From positions 30,138-94,137 of IMG/VR virus record IMGVR_UViG_3300048924_000619: DNA of 64,000 bases. One strand, 5' to 3'. Under the pieces are notes generated by a model that saw only the letters and a program-made list of their open reading frames with translations, was not told where the DNA came from and did no database searches. Positions 27,201 to 36,792 of the stretch are shown one piece after another. This DNA comes from a virus. The translations under genes were made by a program, and so were the position numbers. Every line of letters starts with the position of its first letter. Position 1 is the first letter of the stretch.

Positions 27201-30200
27201 GAGGCGGAGAAGTGGTTCCCCGGCTCGTCCGTCATGGTGATCGGCGAGACCTACAGCCGCGACAAGAACGGCGAGCTCAAGGGGCGTGGCGATACCGAGG
27301 CGGAGCGGAATCAGAAGTTCCACGACATCCGGCAGAACGACTACGACTTCATCCTGATCACGCAGCCGGCCTGGAATGCGCTCGACCTGGATCCGGAGAC
27401 CAAAGAAAAATACGCCAGCTCCGACTTCTGGGAGAAGCGGAAGGAAGGCCTGGGCAAGGGCCCGAGCGCCAAACAGCTCGCCCGCCAGAAGGAAGCCCAC
27501 GACGCCAAGATCGCGAAGCAGGACTTCCAAAGCCGCTCGGACGCGCTCTACTTCAATGACCTGGGCGTCGACGCCCTCATCTCCGACGAGATGCACGCCT
27601 ACAAGAACCTGTTCGAGGCGCGGGACCGCTTCGGCCAGCAACCGAAGTTCCTCGGCGGTTCGTCCAGCTCAAAGCGGGCGGCGGACATGCGCTGGAAGAC
27701 GGACTGGCTGCGCGACCAGACCGGCGGTCGCAACGTCTATGGCCTGACGGCCACGCCGACGAAGAATAGCCCGCTTGAGGTCTATTCGATGCTCTCGCAT
27801 ATCGCCCCTGAGGCGTTCCTGAACATCGGAATCCGGAACTCCGAAGACTTCCTCGACCGCTTCTGCGAGTTCAAGGAGGAGAACGTCCTGGACACGAATG
27901 GGCGGATGACCCGCTCGCTCTGCGTCAAGGGCTTCAAGAACCTGTCCGAGCTGCGCGAGATCATGCGCCGCTACATCGACCGGAAGACGGCTGAGGACGT
28001 CGGCCTGCAGCTGCCGGCGAAGGACGATCGGCAACACCTCGTCGATATCTCGGCCTCCCAGAAGGAAGTCTACGCCGAGTTGCGCGAGCTTGCGGAGAAG
28101 GCGAAGCAGGCCGGCAACGACGCCAGCGGCGAGGCGCACCCGTTCTCCATCATGCACAAGATGGACCGGGCGACGCTCGACCTGGAGCTCTACGACCCGG
28201 TCCGCTACGCTGGCGCCCGGTCGCCCAAGCTGGAGCAGGCCGTCACCAACATCACATCGGGCATCAAGGAAGGCGGCCAGATCGTCTTCTGCGACGCGAT
28301 CGAGACCCATGACAAGCTGGTCGGCCTCCTCGTCGCAGCGGGGATTCCCCGCGATCAGATCGGAGTCCTGAACGCCAAGGTCGCGCCCACCTCGGCCAAG
28401 CGCCAGAACATCGCGGAGGCCTACCGGGCGAAGAAGCTGCGCGTGGTCATCGGCAACTCGACGATGGAAGAGGGCGTCGATGGCCTGCAGGCCGACACGA
28501 CCGACATTCACCACCTCAACATCCCCTGGACGCCGGCGGCCATCCAGCAGCGGAACGGTCGCGGCCTTCGCCAGGGCAACACCGCAGAGGCCGTGCGCCT
28601 GCACAACTACCTCGCGAAGGGCACGTTCGACGGCTACCGCTATCAGACGATCTCGGCGAAGAAGGACTGGCAGACCCTCCTCTGGGACGGCGGCGACCGC
28701 GTTGAGAACCTCGCGTTCGAAGGCGGCATGAACCACGAGGAGATGTTGATCGCGCTCGCCGAGGATCCGGACAAGGCGCGCGAGGAGTTGACGAAGAACA
28801 AGGAGTTGGCGCAGGCCAAGCTCGACGCGCAACAGTACGCCGACGCGGCGGAAGCGTACCGGGCCTATCGGAAGATGCGCGCCAGCCTCAAGAAGCTGGA
28901 CGCGGGCTCGCGCGCCAAGGCCTCGGGCCAGCGCCTCGAGCACAAGCTGAGCATGATGCGGACCTCGCTGGAGGCGAACCCGTACTTCAAAGCCAAATCC
29001 GCGATCGACGCCGACCATGAAATCATGATCGCGCCGGGGTCTGGCGACGCCATCGCGCCTGGCGCGGGCCTCGACGTGCCGCCCGAGGGCAAGATCACCA
29101 CGGGCAGATATGTGGTCGAGAAGGTGTCGCCGGATCACGGTTGGGTTGAGCTGCGGCGCTGGGGCGAAACCGGGAAGGCCGGGCGCATGCTCGTCGATCT
29201 GGCCGACCTCTCCCACGCGAAGGTGACGGAGCACGACAAGGCGGCGGAGGACGCGCACATCACGGCGAAGACGGCTGAGGTGCTCGCGGCCGGCGCCAAG
29301 GATCTCGACAGCTACAAGAAGCTGCGGGAGTTCCCGTCGGCGGCGATCGAGGCCAACCGGGAAGCGATCAGCCACACGGTCAAGCGCGGCCTGAAGGAAT
29401 ACAAATTCCGCGACGGCTACGAGGCGCGGATCGGGATCATCCGGCCAGAGGGCGCGCGAGCGCTGCCGAGTTACGAGGCCGGCAAGCTGACGGACGCCGA
29501 CCTGCCCATGCTGCCGATCGACGAGCACAAGAAGCTCGCGTTCGACGCCTACGCTGCGGACGAGGCCGGCAAGAAGTTCACGAAGGTGCCCGAGACCGGT
29601 CGCCGCGGCGCCTCCACGGGGCGGTATCGCGATGAGCTGCGCTACCCGGGCGACCACTATAACGGCGAGACGAAGAACCGCTGGGCGAGCGTGATCGAGA
29701 ATCTCTGGGGCCCGGAGGGGTTGTCGGAGGCCCACCGCCAGTTTGAGTCTCGGCAAATGGAGGCCGCGCGCCGCGCACCGGACTTGAAGACGGCGATCGC
29801 CCACGCCCTGCCGACATCCATCCGGAAGGAAGGCTACATGCCGACGGTGAAGAGCAAGTGGGGCCGCAAGGCCTTGGCCACGCTCTACGCGAAGGCGAAG
29901 GCTGGCGGCCACCTGCGTACGCCGCTGCTCGACCACCTGGAGACCAAGGAGGTGCGTCAGGGCTACGGGCTCAGTGAGCGCCGCTACCAGACGCCAGTCG
30001 TCAGCGAGGATCACTTCTCCGATGGACGCACCTACGGATCCGTCGTCAAGGAGCCGGTCGGCTCGGCCCTTGCCAAGCTCGCCGTCGCCAACGGTCACGT
30101 CGACCTTGCATCGGCCATGGCCGTCGATCACGCCGAGACGCCGGAAGAGGCCATGTCCAACCTTGGCCGGCTGCCCGAGCACCCGGCGCGCGAGGACGCC

Positions 30201-30266
30201 AAGCGCCACCTGATCGCCAAGCATCCTCACCTGGGCCAACTCGAGGAGGCGCCGCGTGCAGCCTGA
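24291..30266 (+). CDS. DarB-like N6-adenine methyltransferase / SNF2 helicase fusion
   Basis: FYTDP, VLEPSCGTG, IGNPPF; ADVGLGKT, DEMH, TATPTKN, QRNGRGLRQGN. Confidence 0.88.
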   Translation: MLLLLMKADQLGLFEKLVPVKASISSSGRLISAHTAIRHVRRVEPTKRHAEVLDLFGHAPQPKPALVTPKKPAPAPQADLFEHRPDPPKADLNGMMARSRDQRLAREAKAKEIGAGVGSVKLKHADGRAALLSPDLQRDGGWRFTRLDADGPVGHSEYDSKEAAAAEALRAGYSTDAPEAIQPHAPLEPAVSLQNQLPASGIDYSEGLPAELPAFGVAPGTTKGERRAINALAASMVNGRKSLLDEAPAPVNPEVLRQYSGWGGCGDSLNEFYTDPNVAAAMWSVLHRMGLGEGASVLEPSCGTGVFLELAPKGVKVTGVELDETSSKIAATLHPTHEVVNSALEAFATTDTRQFDAVIGNPPFGDSRGSLVAADKPDISRPEQYFVDTALDKARAGGLVALVLPTGILDSRSARKLRDRWIRKGQFLGALRMPNTAFEASHTGVTTDVVFFRKRPDEVAGALSVVDRDTLKLLGAWDEEFVGGGYFSGRGEGNILGTLEAGWRSKAGMGDDITVAGSMVGVPEAIASFEPEQPSGPTGVEEVLGAVQDQDLKARIRGAAARKPYDQAKRGDTRVIDGVTYVLEGSPLRWHRVDEFMAEQAVVDAGALGADIERAVQGEDVPGLADRVRAYVSAHGIPAKNPNLVIAAKQDKAIYRLLGAVKQDGSLSDVVEGRRESAAVSNFDTAAKTLALEVGYFSPSMVAGRWHGGTEDVVLDHLYASPDYAIDPRSGTWTSLDQYLSGELWPKYDDAKAALAESDLKPEDRAKIERQLAALDEAIAPKSLEDVEIQVNSGFVPLNVVSAFFNEVHPSSYGDKTPMTITYDEGVFAVMGGGYEAHTLRKYLNRDGVRKDDDLPTIERWNRAFKEWLCASAYRDEVEELYNRKFRGFRQKAYSEEAFEVPGLRSDGLKSYQWSGLRWALEAGKGIIAADVGLGKTARALILNKLMKITGQAKRPMIVVPKSVAANWMREAEKWFPGSSVMVIGETYSRDKNGELKGRGDTEAERNQKFHDIRQNDYDFILITQPAWNALDLDPETKEKYASSDFWEKRKEGLGKGPSAKQLARQKEAHDAKIAKQDFQSRSDALYFNDLGVDALISDEMHAYKNLFEARDRFGQQPKFLGGSSSSKRAADMRWKTDWLRDQTGGRNVYGLTATPTKNSPLEVYSMLSHIAPEAFLNIGIRNSEDFLDRFCEFKEENVLDTNGRMTRSLCVKGFKNLSELREIMRRYIDRKTAEDVGLQLPAKDDRQHLVDISASQKEVYAELRELAEKAKQAGNDASGEAHPFSIMHKMDRATLDLELYDPVRYAGARSPKLEQAVTNITSGIKEGGQIVFCDAIETHDKLVGLLVAAGIPRDQIGVLNAKVAPTSAKRQNIAEAYRAKKLRVVIGNSTMEEGVDGLQADTTDIHHLNIPWTPAAIQQRNGRGLRQGNTAEAVRLHNYLAKGTFDGYRYQTISAKKDWQTLLWDGGDRVENLAFEGGMNHEEMLIALAEDPDKAREELTKNKELAQAKLDAQQYADAAEAYRAYRKMRASLKKLDAGSRAKASGQRLEHKLSMMRTSLEANPYFKAKSAIDADHEIMIAPGSGDAIAPGAGLDVPPEGKITTGRYVVEKVSPDHGWVELRRWGETGKAGRMLVDLADLSHAKVTEHDKAAEDAHITAKTAEVLAAGAKDLDSYKKLREFPSAAIEANREAISHTVKRGLKEYKFRDGYEARIGIIRPEGARALPSYEAGKLTDADLPMLPIDEHKKLAFDAYAADEAGKKFTKVPETGRRGASTGRYRDELRYPGDHYNGETKNRWASVIENLWGPEGLSEAHRQFESRQMEAARRAPDLKTAIAHALPTSIRKEGYMPTVKSKWGRKALATLYAKAKAGGHLRTPLLDHLETKEVRQGYGLSERRYQTPVVSEDHFSDGRTYGSVVKEPVGSALAKLAVANGHVDLASAMAVDHAETPEEAMSNLGRLPEHPAREDAKRHLIAKHPHLGQLEEAPRAA

Positions 30267-30612
30267 ACACGTCATGCGCAACGATGGCTTGGACCCGATT
30301 GGTTTCGCGGCGAATGCCCGGACGCTGATCCTGGAGCAGCCGCGGAATTACACCGCGTTCGGCGCCTACTGGTTCCTCGTCAAGGCTCTGCTCCGGCGCG
30401 TCTACGAGCCGGCGGAAATTCCCCTGCTCGGCGTCTACGAGGATCCGAGCGTCATCGACCGCATGCCCAAGGGCCTGGGTCTGGCGGATCTTCTGCAGCT
30501 CGCCGGCGAGGAGTATGCCGTCAACCGCTCGCTGGGCACGCCGCCCGACAAGCTGGAGGATCCGCGGGATGGCGAGTTCTTCACCTTGAGCGATCCCGAC
30601 ATGGGCGGCTGA
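30256..30612 (+). CDS. hypothetical protein
   Basis: Overlaps the DarB-like 3' end; GAGGAGG upstream. Confidence 0.65.
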   Translation: MQPEHVMRNDGLDPIGFAANARTLILEQPRNYTAFGAYWFLVKALLRRVYEPAEIPLLGVYEDPSVIDRMPKGLGLADLLQLAGEEYAVNRSLGTPPDKLEDPRDGEFFTLSDPDMGG

Positions 30613-30613
30613 T

Positions 30614-30635
30614 GTCGTGACCGCAGCATGCGGTC
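30614..30635 (+). promoter_or_regulatory. GTCGTGAC promoter, leaderless
   Basis: GTCGTGAC cgcAgcaTgcggtc ATG; 14 nt spacer. Confidence 0.8.
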
Positions 30636-33600
30636 ATGCTTCAGAAGCCGCGCGTCATTCTGTTCGCCAGCACGGCGATGCTGAAAGCGACGGCGGCCGG
30701 CGAACGGTGGGTCACGGTCCACCCGCACGGCCCTGACTCCAAGGGTCAGCCGATACTGATCCAGCCACAGCCGGACGGCTCGGCCAAGGTAATCGGCGGC
30801 GCCGGCGGATCGCTGAACCATATGCGGCTCACCGGGATCAAACCGAAGACGGAATACACCGAGACCCTCAAGGAGCGCGCGCGGGACCGCCGCGCCGCCC
30901 GGAAGCGACAGCGGGACCGTGACAAGGCGCTCGGTCTGCAGCAGGCCAAAGCCGACGCGCACAAGAAGGTCACGGAGAAGACCCAGGCCGCGCAGAGGGA
31001 TTTCGTGAGCGGCGTCGCGCAGGCGATGGGTTGGGCGCCGGAGGACTATAAGTTCCAGCCGCCAGAGGGGCAGGCTGACCACGTCGTCGCGAAGATGCAC
31101 GCGGCCCACCTGAAGGAGATGGTGAAGCGCGCCGAAGCCGCGGTGAAGCTGAACCGTGAGCGCATCCTGGCCGACGCGTCGACCCGCGCGCACGAGGAGC
31201 TCGGCGAAGTCCCGCTGGACTCCGAGGATGCGAACACCCTGTCCGTTCAGGATCTCGACCCGGTCAGGACGGCCCCGCTCGGGCTGGGCTTCGCGACGGA
31301 ATACAAGGCCCGCGCGGAGGCCAACGGCGCCGACGAGGCGGCCATCAAGGGCGAGGCCGCCGAGAACAGGCGCGAGCAGACGGAGGCCCAACGCAAGGCC
31401 GCCGTCCAGAACGGCGAGACCGCGCGGCTCGTCGCCGAAAACGTCGCCCTCCTGCGCGAGCCAGATCAGGTCGAGAAGCTCGCGCCCAAGCTAGTCGAGG
31501 CGAAACAGGCGCTCGACCTCTTGAAGCTGGAGAAGAAGCGCAAGATGGCGGAGCGCCAGGCCAAGCAGGCGCGTAAGCAGATCGACGACGCGATCGAGGC
31601 GCCCAAGGCCTATATCGTCGAGGTGGACGATGCGAAGGTCGACGCGAAGGTGGCGGAGGACGTCGCCAACGACCTTCGCACGATCTCCACGCGCGCCTTC
31701 CTGTCAGAGGTCGAGAAGACGGTCCCGGACGCGGCCGTCACGCTGCGCCGTCACGTGGGCGCCGGCGCGTACAATTCGGTCAACGCCCTGGCCCTGGCCG
31801 CCGGCGGCGCGGCGCTCGTCGACCGTAGCGTCGTGGATGTCCTGGGCATCGCCGGCGCGGCGGAGGTACTCGCCCGGCGGCTGCACGCCGATCTGACGCC
31901 CGACGAACTGCGCGACGTCTCCGAGGGCATGACCGCCTATCACCTCCATCATTACATGGAGGCGTCGGAGGAGGCGATCGGCCGGGCCCGTGAGCTTCAG
32001 GCGCAGGCGCGCGAGATGGAACTCGGCGCCGCGGAGAACGGTGAGGATCTCGCGGCGCTCCAGGAAATCAACCGCCAGCGCGGCGCGGCGCTGGGCGAGT
32101 CCCGAAAGGTGCTGGGCACGGCGCTGGGCGAGATGGAGGCGAACGCCGCGCTCGTCTATGCGCTCGGCCGCGGAAAGTCCGAGAAGCCGTTCGTCGTCCC
32201 GCTCGGCGACGTGTCGATGGAGTCGGCGATCGCGCAGGTTCGGGCCATCGGCCTCCAGCGCGGCGATTATTCGATCGAGACCGCCGCGGGCAACCGTGTG
32301 CTCAAAGTGAACCCACAGGGCCTTGACCGCTTGGCTGCGCCGGTCAACCGGGCCGACCTGGAGCAGGTGCGGCGCAACCTCGACATCATTTCCGGACGGT
32401 TCGACGAAGACGATTGGATGCCGCAAGGCATTTCGGACCGGCCGGACCTGGATATGAAGGCCAAGCCGGGCGTCGCTCCGCAGCTGGCCGAACCGTTCGC
32501 GCCGGGCGCTGACCTGGAGGCGTCCGTCCGCGACTACATTGGCGGGCGGGCGGCCGACGGCGACGCGCCGGCGGACATCGTGGCCGACCTGCAGTCGGCT
32601 GATTTCATGCGCAAGGTCGGCGCGGACCGCGTCGATGACTACCGCGCGGCGCTGGATCGGCTGGCCCCGCTGGCCGACGACAAGGGCAACCTCCGCCAGC
32701 CGGAGGCCCTGCGGCCATCGTTCGAGGAGATGGCCGACGCCTTCGCCAGCGCCCGCGGCGCCGTCGAGCCGCTCCATCGCCAGAACTTCCACGTCGATGA
32801 AACCTCGATCGACGCGTTGCACCGCGCGCTCACGTCGGAGCCGACAGGCGTGGCCGCCTACAAGCCGGTCGGTGAGTTGACGCCGCAGGATCAGGGCGCG
32901 CTGCGGGACTTTTTCGCCAAGCACGTCGCGAAGGAATCGCCGGAAGTGGCTGGCCACCGCGCGGAGCTGGGCAAGCTGGAGGCCAGGGAGCCGGAGCGCC
33001 ACGTCGAGGATATGTTCGGCGAGCAGGCGACGAATCCGGAGTGGTCGGATTGGCGCAACCGGCGCGACGAACTGCGCGGCCATGTGAACGCCGGGTCGAT
33101 GACCTGGGCGAAGTATGTGGAGGCGATGCGCTCGCCGCAGGCGGCCTACGCGGCGACGCAGGATCTTGTCCGGAGCCAGATCACGCGCGGTTTCGCGGAC
33201 GCCTACAATACCCTGAAGCCGGCCTCACCGCTGAAGGTCGGTCGCTCGGTCATCCGCTCGAACCTTGACCACCTGGACGCGGTCGATCCGGCCGCCCGGG
33301 ACGCGCGCCTCGCGAAAGAGCGGGCGCTGTCGGACTCGCTGCGCAATCGCGTTGCTGGTCGGTATGCCTCCGGTTCGGTGCGCGACCGGCTTGACGCTGC
33401 GCGTGAGGAGCAAGCAGGCCTCGAGGCGGCGCAGATGGGCTTCTTCGCGGACGAGCCCGCGCCGGCGACGGAGAAGCCCCTCGGTGGCGATGAGCGCTGG
33501 ACGATCGGCCACGAGGCGGAGCGCCGCATTGCGGAAATGATGCCGCAGGTCGGCGCCAACTTCCGGCCCGGCCAGCCTGTGCACCTCTTCCGGCCGTCGA

Positions 33601-35165
33601 TGAGCGGCGGGAAGAATTACCCGCGCCAGCGCGCGATCAAGATGCTCGAGGCGAACAAGCGCGTCGTGCTCTCGTTCGGCACAGGCTCCGGCAAGACGTT
33701 GATCGGCCTCGGCGGGTTCACGCAGCTGCACTCCAAGGGTGCCGTGAAGCGCGGGCTGTTCCTGGTCCCGTCGATCGCGCAGGGTGGCTTCGGGGCGGAG
33801 TCGCTGCGCTTCCTGAAGCCAGGCGCGTACCGCTGGCATGCCAAGCCGGGCGCGTCGCGTTCAGAGCGGATCGCCGCATACAAGGATCCGTCGCACCACT
33901 TCTGCGTCATGACCCACCAGTCGTTCCGCGACGACATGCTCCACCTCGGCGCTCAACATGCAGGCGTCCCGGAATCCGAGTTGTCGGCCAAGGTGGCGAC
34001 GATGTCCCGCGCCGAGCGCAAGGACTGGATCAAGGGCGTCATGCGGCGCGAGGGGATCGCCTTCGACTACCTGAACGTCGACGAGGGCCACGACACGCTG
34101 AACCGCCGGGGCAAGGAGAACTCGGCGATGTCGAACGTGATCGACGCGCTCGGCGACCACACGCCCTATTACGTGAATGCCAGCGCCGACCCGATCAAGA
34201 ACGACGTCTCCGAGGCCTTCTCGCTTCTGCAGAAGATGGATCCGGAGCGCTACACTGACGAAGGCGCCTTCATGCGGCGCTATGGCGTCGACACGCTGGA
34301 TGCCAAGGACGGCCTCCGGCGCGAGCTGGCGCGCTTCCAGTATCCGTCGAAGATCGACCCGGACATCACGGCGAACCGGGTCGAGCGCAAGGTTTCGGTT
34401 TCGGACGCCCAGCACAAGGCGCTGAGCGAGCTCGACGGCCACATGGCGAACGCTCGGATCGCGCGCATGCAGGGCAAGGTCGACGTCTCCGCCGTGAAGG
34501 CGATCAGCCCCTCGTCGTTCGAGGGGGTGCCGCCGGCGGAGCACGAGGCCATCGCGCGGGATCTCCAGGCGAACCTGGGGATCCTGAAGCAAACGGCCGT
34601 GCGTCGGCTGCTCGACGCGCACCCGGAAAGCGCCAAGGTCGGCGACGTGCTCAAGGTCGCCGCCGAGCGCAAGGGCAAGCAGGGCGTCGTCTTCGCCCAC
34701 TCCCTCGAGGCGGTCGAGGCGATCAAGTCGCGGTTGGCCAGCGAGGGCTTTCGGGTCGGCACGATCACGGGCAAGGACTCGGCCAAGGATAAGGCCAAGC
34801 GGATCGGCGAATTCCGGCCGGCGTCCGGCGCCGCGGCGATCGACGTCATGGTTTGCTCAGATGCCGGCGCTACGGGGGCGAACCTGCAGTCCGGCCAATG
34901 GCTCGTGAACTACGACACCCCGGACACGGCGAAGACGCACGCGCAGCGGAACGGGCGGATCAACCGCATCGGGCAGACGCAGGACGTCGACCTGATCGAC
35001 CTCGTCTCTGACCACCCGGAAGAACGCCGTCGGCGCGACCGGCTGGAGAAGAAGTATGCGCTGCGTGAGATGATGACGACGCCCATGGAGAGCCTCGACG
35101 ACACGGGCCTGGCGTATTTTCTCCGCCAGCGCCAGATCATGCGGGATAACGGTGCGCCCCGGTAG
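30636..35165 (+). CDS. large SF2/SNF2-like helicase with long helical N-terminal region
   Basis: FGTGSGKT, VDEGH, SADPIKN, SDAGATGANLQ, QRNGRINRIGQ. Confidence 0.85.
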   Translation: MLQKPRVILFASTAMLKATAAGERWVTVHPHGPDSKGQPILIQPQPDGSAKVIGGAGGSLNHMRLTGIKPKTEYTETLKERARDRRAARKRQRDRDKALGLQQAKADAHKKVTEKTQAAQRDFVSGVAQAMGWAPEDYKFQPPEGQADHVVAKMHAAHLKEMVKRAEAAVKLNRERILADASTRAHEELGEVPLDSEDANTLSVQDLDPVRTAPLGLGFATEYKARAEANGADEAAIKGEAAENRREQTEAQRKAAVQNGETARLVAENVALLREPDQVEKLAPKLVEAKQALDLLKLEKKRKMAERQAKQARKQIDDAIEAPKAYIVEVDDAKVDAKVAEDVANDLRTISTRAFLSEVEKTVPDAAVTLRRHVGAGAYNSVNALALAAGGAALVDRSVVDVLGIAGAAEVLARRLHADLTPDELRDVSEGMTAYHLHHYMEASEEAIGRARELQAQAREMELGAAENGEDLAALQEINRQRGAALGESRKVLGTALGEMEANAALVYALGRGKSEKPFVVPLGDVSMESAIAQVRAIGLQRGDYSIETAAGNRVLKVNPQGLDRLAAPVNRADLEQVRRNLDIISGRFDEDDWMPQGISDRPDLDMKAKPGVAPQLAEPFAPGADLEASVRDYIGGRAADGDAPADIVADLQSADFMRKVGADRVDDYRAALDRLAPLADDKGNLRQPEALRPSFEEMADAFASARGAVEPLHRQNFHVDETSIDALHRALTSEPTGVAAYKPVGELTPQDQGALRDFFAKHVAKESPEVAGHRAELGKLEAREPERHVEDMFGEQATNPEWSDWRNRRDELRGHVNAGSMTWAKYVEAMRSPQAAYAATQDLVRSQITRGFADAYNTLKPASPLKVGRSVIRSNLDHLDAVDPAARDARLAKERALSDSLRNRVAGRYASGSVRDRLDAAREEQAGLEAAQMGFFADEPAPATEKPLGGDERWTIGHEAERRIAEMMPQVGANFRPGQPVHLFRPSMSGGKNYPRQRAIKMLEANKRVVLSFGTGSGKTLIGLGGFTQLHSKGAVKRGLFLVPSIAQGGFGAESLRFLKPGAYRWHAKPGASRSERIAAYKDPSHHFCVMTHQSFRDDMLHLGAQHAGVPESELSAKVATMSRAERKDWIKGVMRREGIAFDYLNVDEGHDTLNRRGKENSAMSNVIDALGDHTPYYVNASADPIKNDVSEAFSLLQKMDPERYTDEGAFMRRYGVDTLDAKDGLRRELARFQYPSKIDPDITANRVERKVSVSDAQHKALSELDGHMANARIARMQGKVDVSAVKAISPSSFEGVPPAEHEAIARDLQANLGILKQTAVRRLLDAHPESAKVGDVLKVAAERKGKQGVVFAHSLEAVEAIKSRLASEGFRVGTITGKDSAKDKAKRIGEFRPASGAAAIDVMVCSDAGATGANLQSGQWLVNYDTPDTAKTHAQRNGRINRIGQTQDVDLIDLVSDHPEERRRRDRLEKKYALREMMTTPMESLDDTGLAYFLRQRQIMRDNGAPR

Positions 35166-35237
35166 TTCCCGCGAACGCCCCGGTATCCCACATCACCTGC
35201 GTCCAGGTGCTCGGTAGACTTACCTCGTTGAAAAGAG

Positions 35238-35795
35238 GTGAGAATGAGCTCCGCCATTGAGCTTCCGCCGGGCCCATTCGGGGTGATCCTCGCCGACCCG
35301 CCGTGGAACTTTCGGACGTTTGACCGGAAGAAGAGCGTCCCGAGTCGGACGTCCGTCGACCCATACGCGACGATGACGATTCCTCAGCTTTCAGAGCTGC
35401 CGGTGGGGGACGTCGCCGCGAAGGACTGCGTCCTGTTCCTATGGACGGTGTCGTATCTCCAGGACGAGGCGACGGAGGTGGCGAGGGCTTGGGGCTTCAA
35501 GCCGAAGAGCCTCGCCTTCGTCTGGCAAAAGGGCTCGATCGGAATGGGGTACTGGACGCGCCAGCAGGTCGAGATCTGCAAGCTCTACACCCGCGGCAAG
35601 CCGCGTCGGCTGAGCCGGAGCGTCCGCCAACTGATCATCGCTCCTCGCCGCGAGCACAGCCGGAAGCCAGACGAGCAATATGAGCGGATCGAAGCGCTCG
35701 CTGGCGGACCTTACCTGGAGCTGTTTGCGCGTCAGCAGCGGCCCGGCTGGTCAGCGTGGGGCAACCAGACCGACAAATTCAGCGAGGCCGCATGA
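35238..35795 (+). CDS. MT-A70 family adenine methyltransferase
   Basis: ILADPPW, LFLW, GMGYWTR, REHSRKP, YLELFAR, WGNQ. Confidence 0.92.
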   Translation: MRMSSAIELPPGPFGVILADPPWNFRTFDRKKSVPSRTSVDPYATMTIPQLSELPVGDVAAKDCVLFLWTVSYLQDEATEVARAWGFKPKSLAFVWQKGSIGMGYWTRQQVEICKLYTRGKPRRLSRSVRQLIIAPRREHSRKPDEQYERIEALAGGPYLELFARQQRPGWSAWGNQTDKFSEAA

Positions 35796-36037
35796 CCATC
35801 ACTCCTGACAGCTTGCGCCGCGATCTCGCCGATGGCGCCGCGGCCGCCGGCCGGACCCAGCAGTCCGAGGGCGAGATCCGTCGGGCGGCGGAGCAGCGGC
35901 GCGAGGCGATCCAGACCCGCATCGCCGAGCTCGTGCCGCTCGTGAACCGCAGCCCCGGCGCGGCCGATGAATATCAAGCACTCATCCGCGAGCGCGGACA
36001 GCTGGACGTCGTCCTGGCAGAGCGCAGCGATGACTGA
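35792..36037 (+). CDS. hypothetical protein
   Basis: ATGA overlap with the MT-A70 stop. Confidence 0.55.
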   Translation: MTITPDSLRRDLADGAAAAGRTQQSEGEIRRAAEQRREAIQTRIAELVPLVNRSPGAADEYQALIRERGQLDVVLAERSDD

Positions 36038-36326
36038 ACCTCACGTCTTGGGCGACCGGATCAACGCCAGCCGCATCGCCGTCACCCCTGAGCGTGTCTC
36101 GGCGGTGATCTCCGAGGTTGCCAGCGAGCTGCGGCTGCATCCCGGCGACATCCGCGGCCCTAGCCGGCGCCGGCCAGTCCGAGCGGCGCGGGTAGAGGCC
36201 TGGAAGCGGCTCGCCAAGCCAAACGTCTCAATCGCGTCGATCGCGCGGGCTTGGCCTTGCCATCACGCGACCATCCTCAACGGCCTCGGCCGCATCAAGA
36301 AGGCGAAGAAACCGGCATGTCGGTGA
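36030..36326 (+). CDS. DnaA C-terminal-like helix-turn-helix protein
   Basis: DIRGPSRRRPVRAAR...SIASIARAWPCHHATILNG resembles DnaA domain IV. Confidence 0.6.
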   Translation: MTEPHVLGDRINASRIAVTPERVSAVISEVASELRLHPGDIRGPSRRRPVRAARVEAWKRLAKPNVSIASIARAWPCHHATILNGLGRIKKAKKPACR

Positions 36327-36754
36327 AGCCCACGAACCCCAAGGACGCGATCGGCTCCACGAAGCTGCCGCTCCACCTCGTCCCGGCGTCGGTCAAGATC
36401 TATGCGGCGCTGGCCTTTACCGAGGGCGCGGCGAAGTATGGCGCGTTCAACTGGCGGGCCGCCGGCGTGCGATCGTCGATCTACAAGTCAGCGCTCGAGC
36501 GCCACCTCGAGAAGTGGTGGAACGGCGAATGGGCGGATCCGAAGACCAGCGTCCCGCATCTCGCCAGCGTCATCGCCTGCGCCGGGATCATCCTGGACGC
36601 CGGTCTGTGCGGCAAGCTGACTGATGATCGTCCTCCGGCCGCGCCGATGTCCGAAGCGATCGATGCGATGGAGGAGATCGTGAAAGAGCTCCTCGCGATG
36701 CACGCGGACAAGAACCCTCACCACCACACGATCAACGACCCCGTCGAGGCCTGA
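36317..36754 (+). CDS. dATP/dGTP diphosphohydrolase-like (DUF5664-like) protein
   Basis: NPKDAIG..KLPLHLVP, GAAKYGAFNWR, RHL..WW.GE..DP, HLA. Confidence 0.8.
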   Translation: MSVKPTNPKDAIGSTKLPLHLVPASVKIYAALAFTEGAAKYGAFNWRAAGVRSSIYKSALERHLEKWWNGEWADPKTSVPHLASVIACAGIILDAGLCGKLTDDRPPAAPMSEAIDAMEEIVKELLAMHADKNPHHHTINDPVEA

Positions 36755-36770
36755 CCTCTCGGCCGACTAT

Positions 36771-36792
36771 GTCGTGACGATACCGTCTCGGC
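36771..36792 (+). promoter_or_regulatory. GTCGTGAC promoter, leaderless (head operon)
   Basis: GTCGTGAC gatAccgTctcggc ATG; 14 nt spacer. Confidence 0.8.

Noticed and set aside
36317-36754. 2-aminoadenine (Z) or other modified-base genome pathway
   Set aside because: Only a diphosphohydrolase-like gene is present; no PurZ or dedicated polymerase in this window
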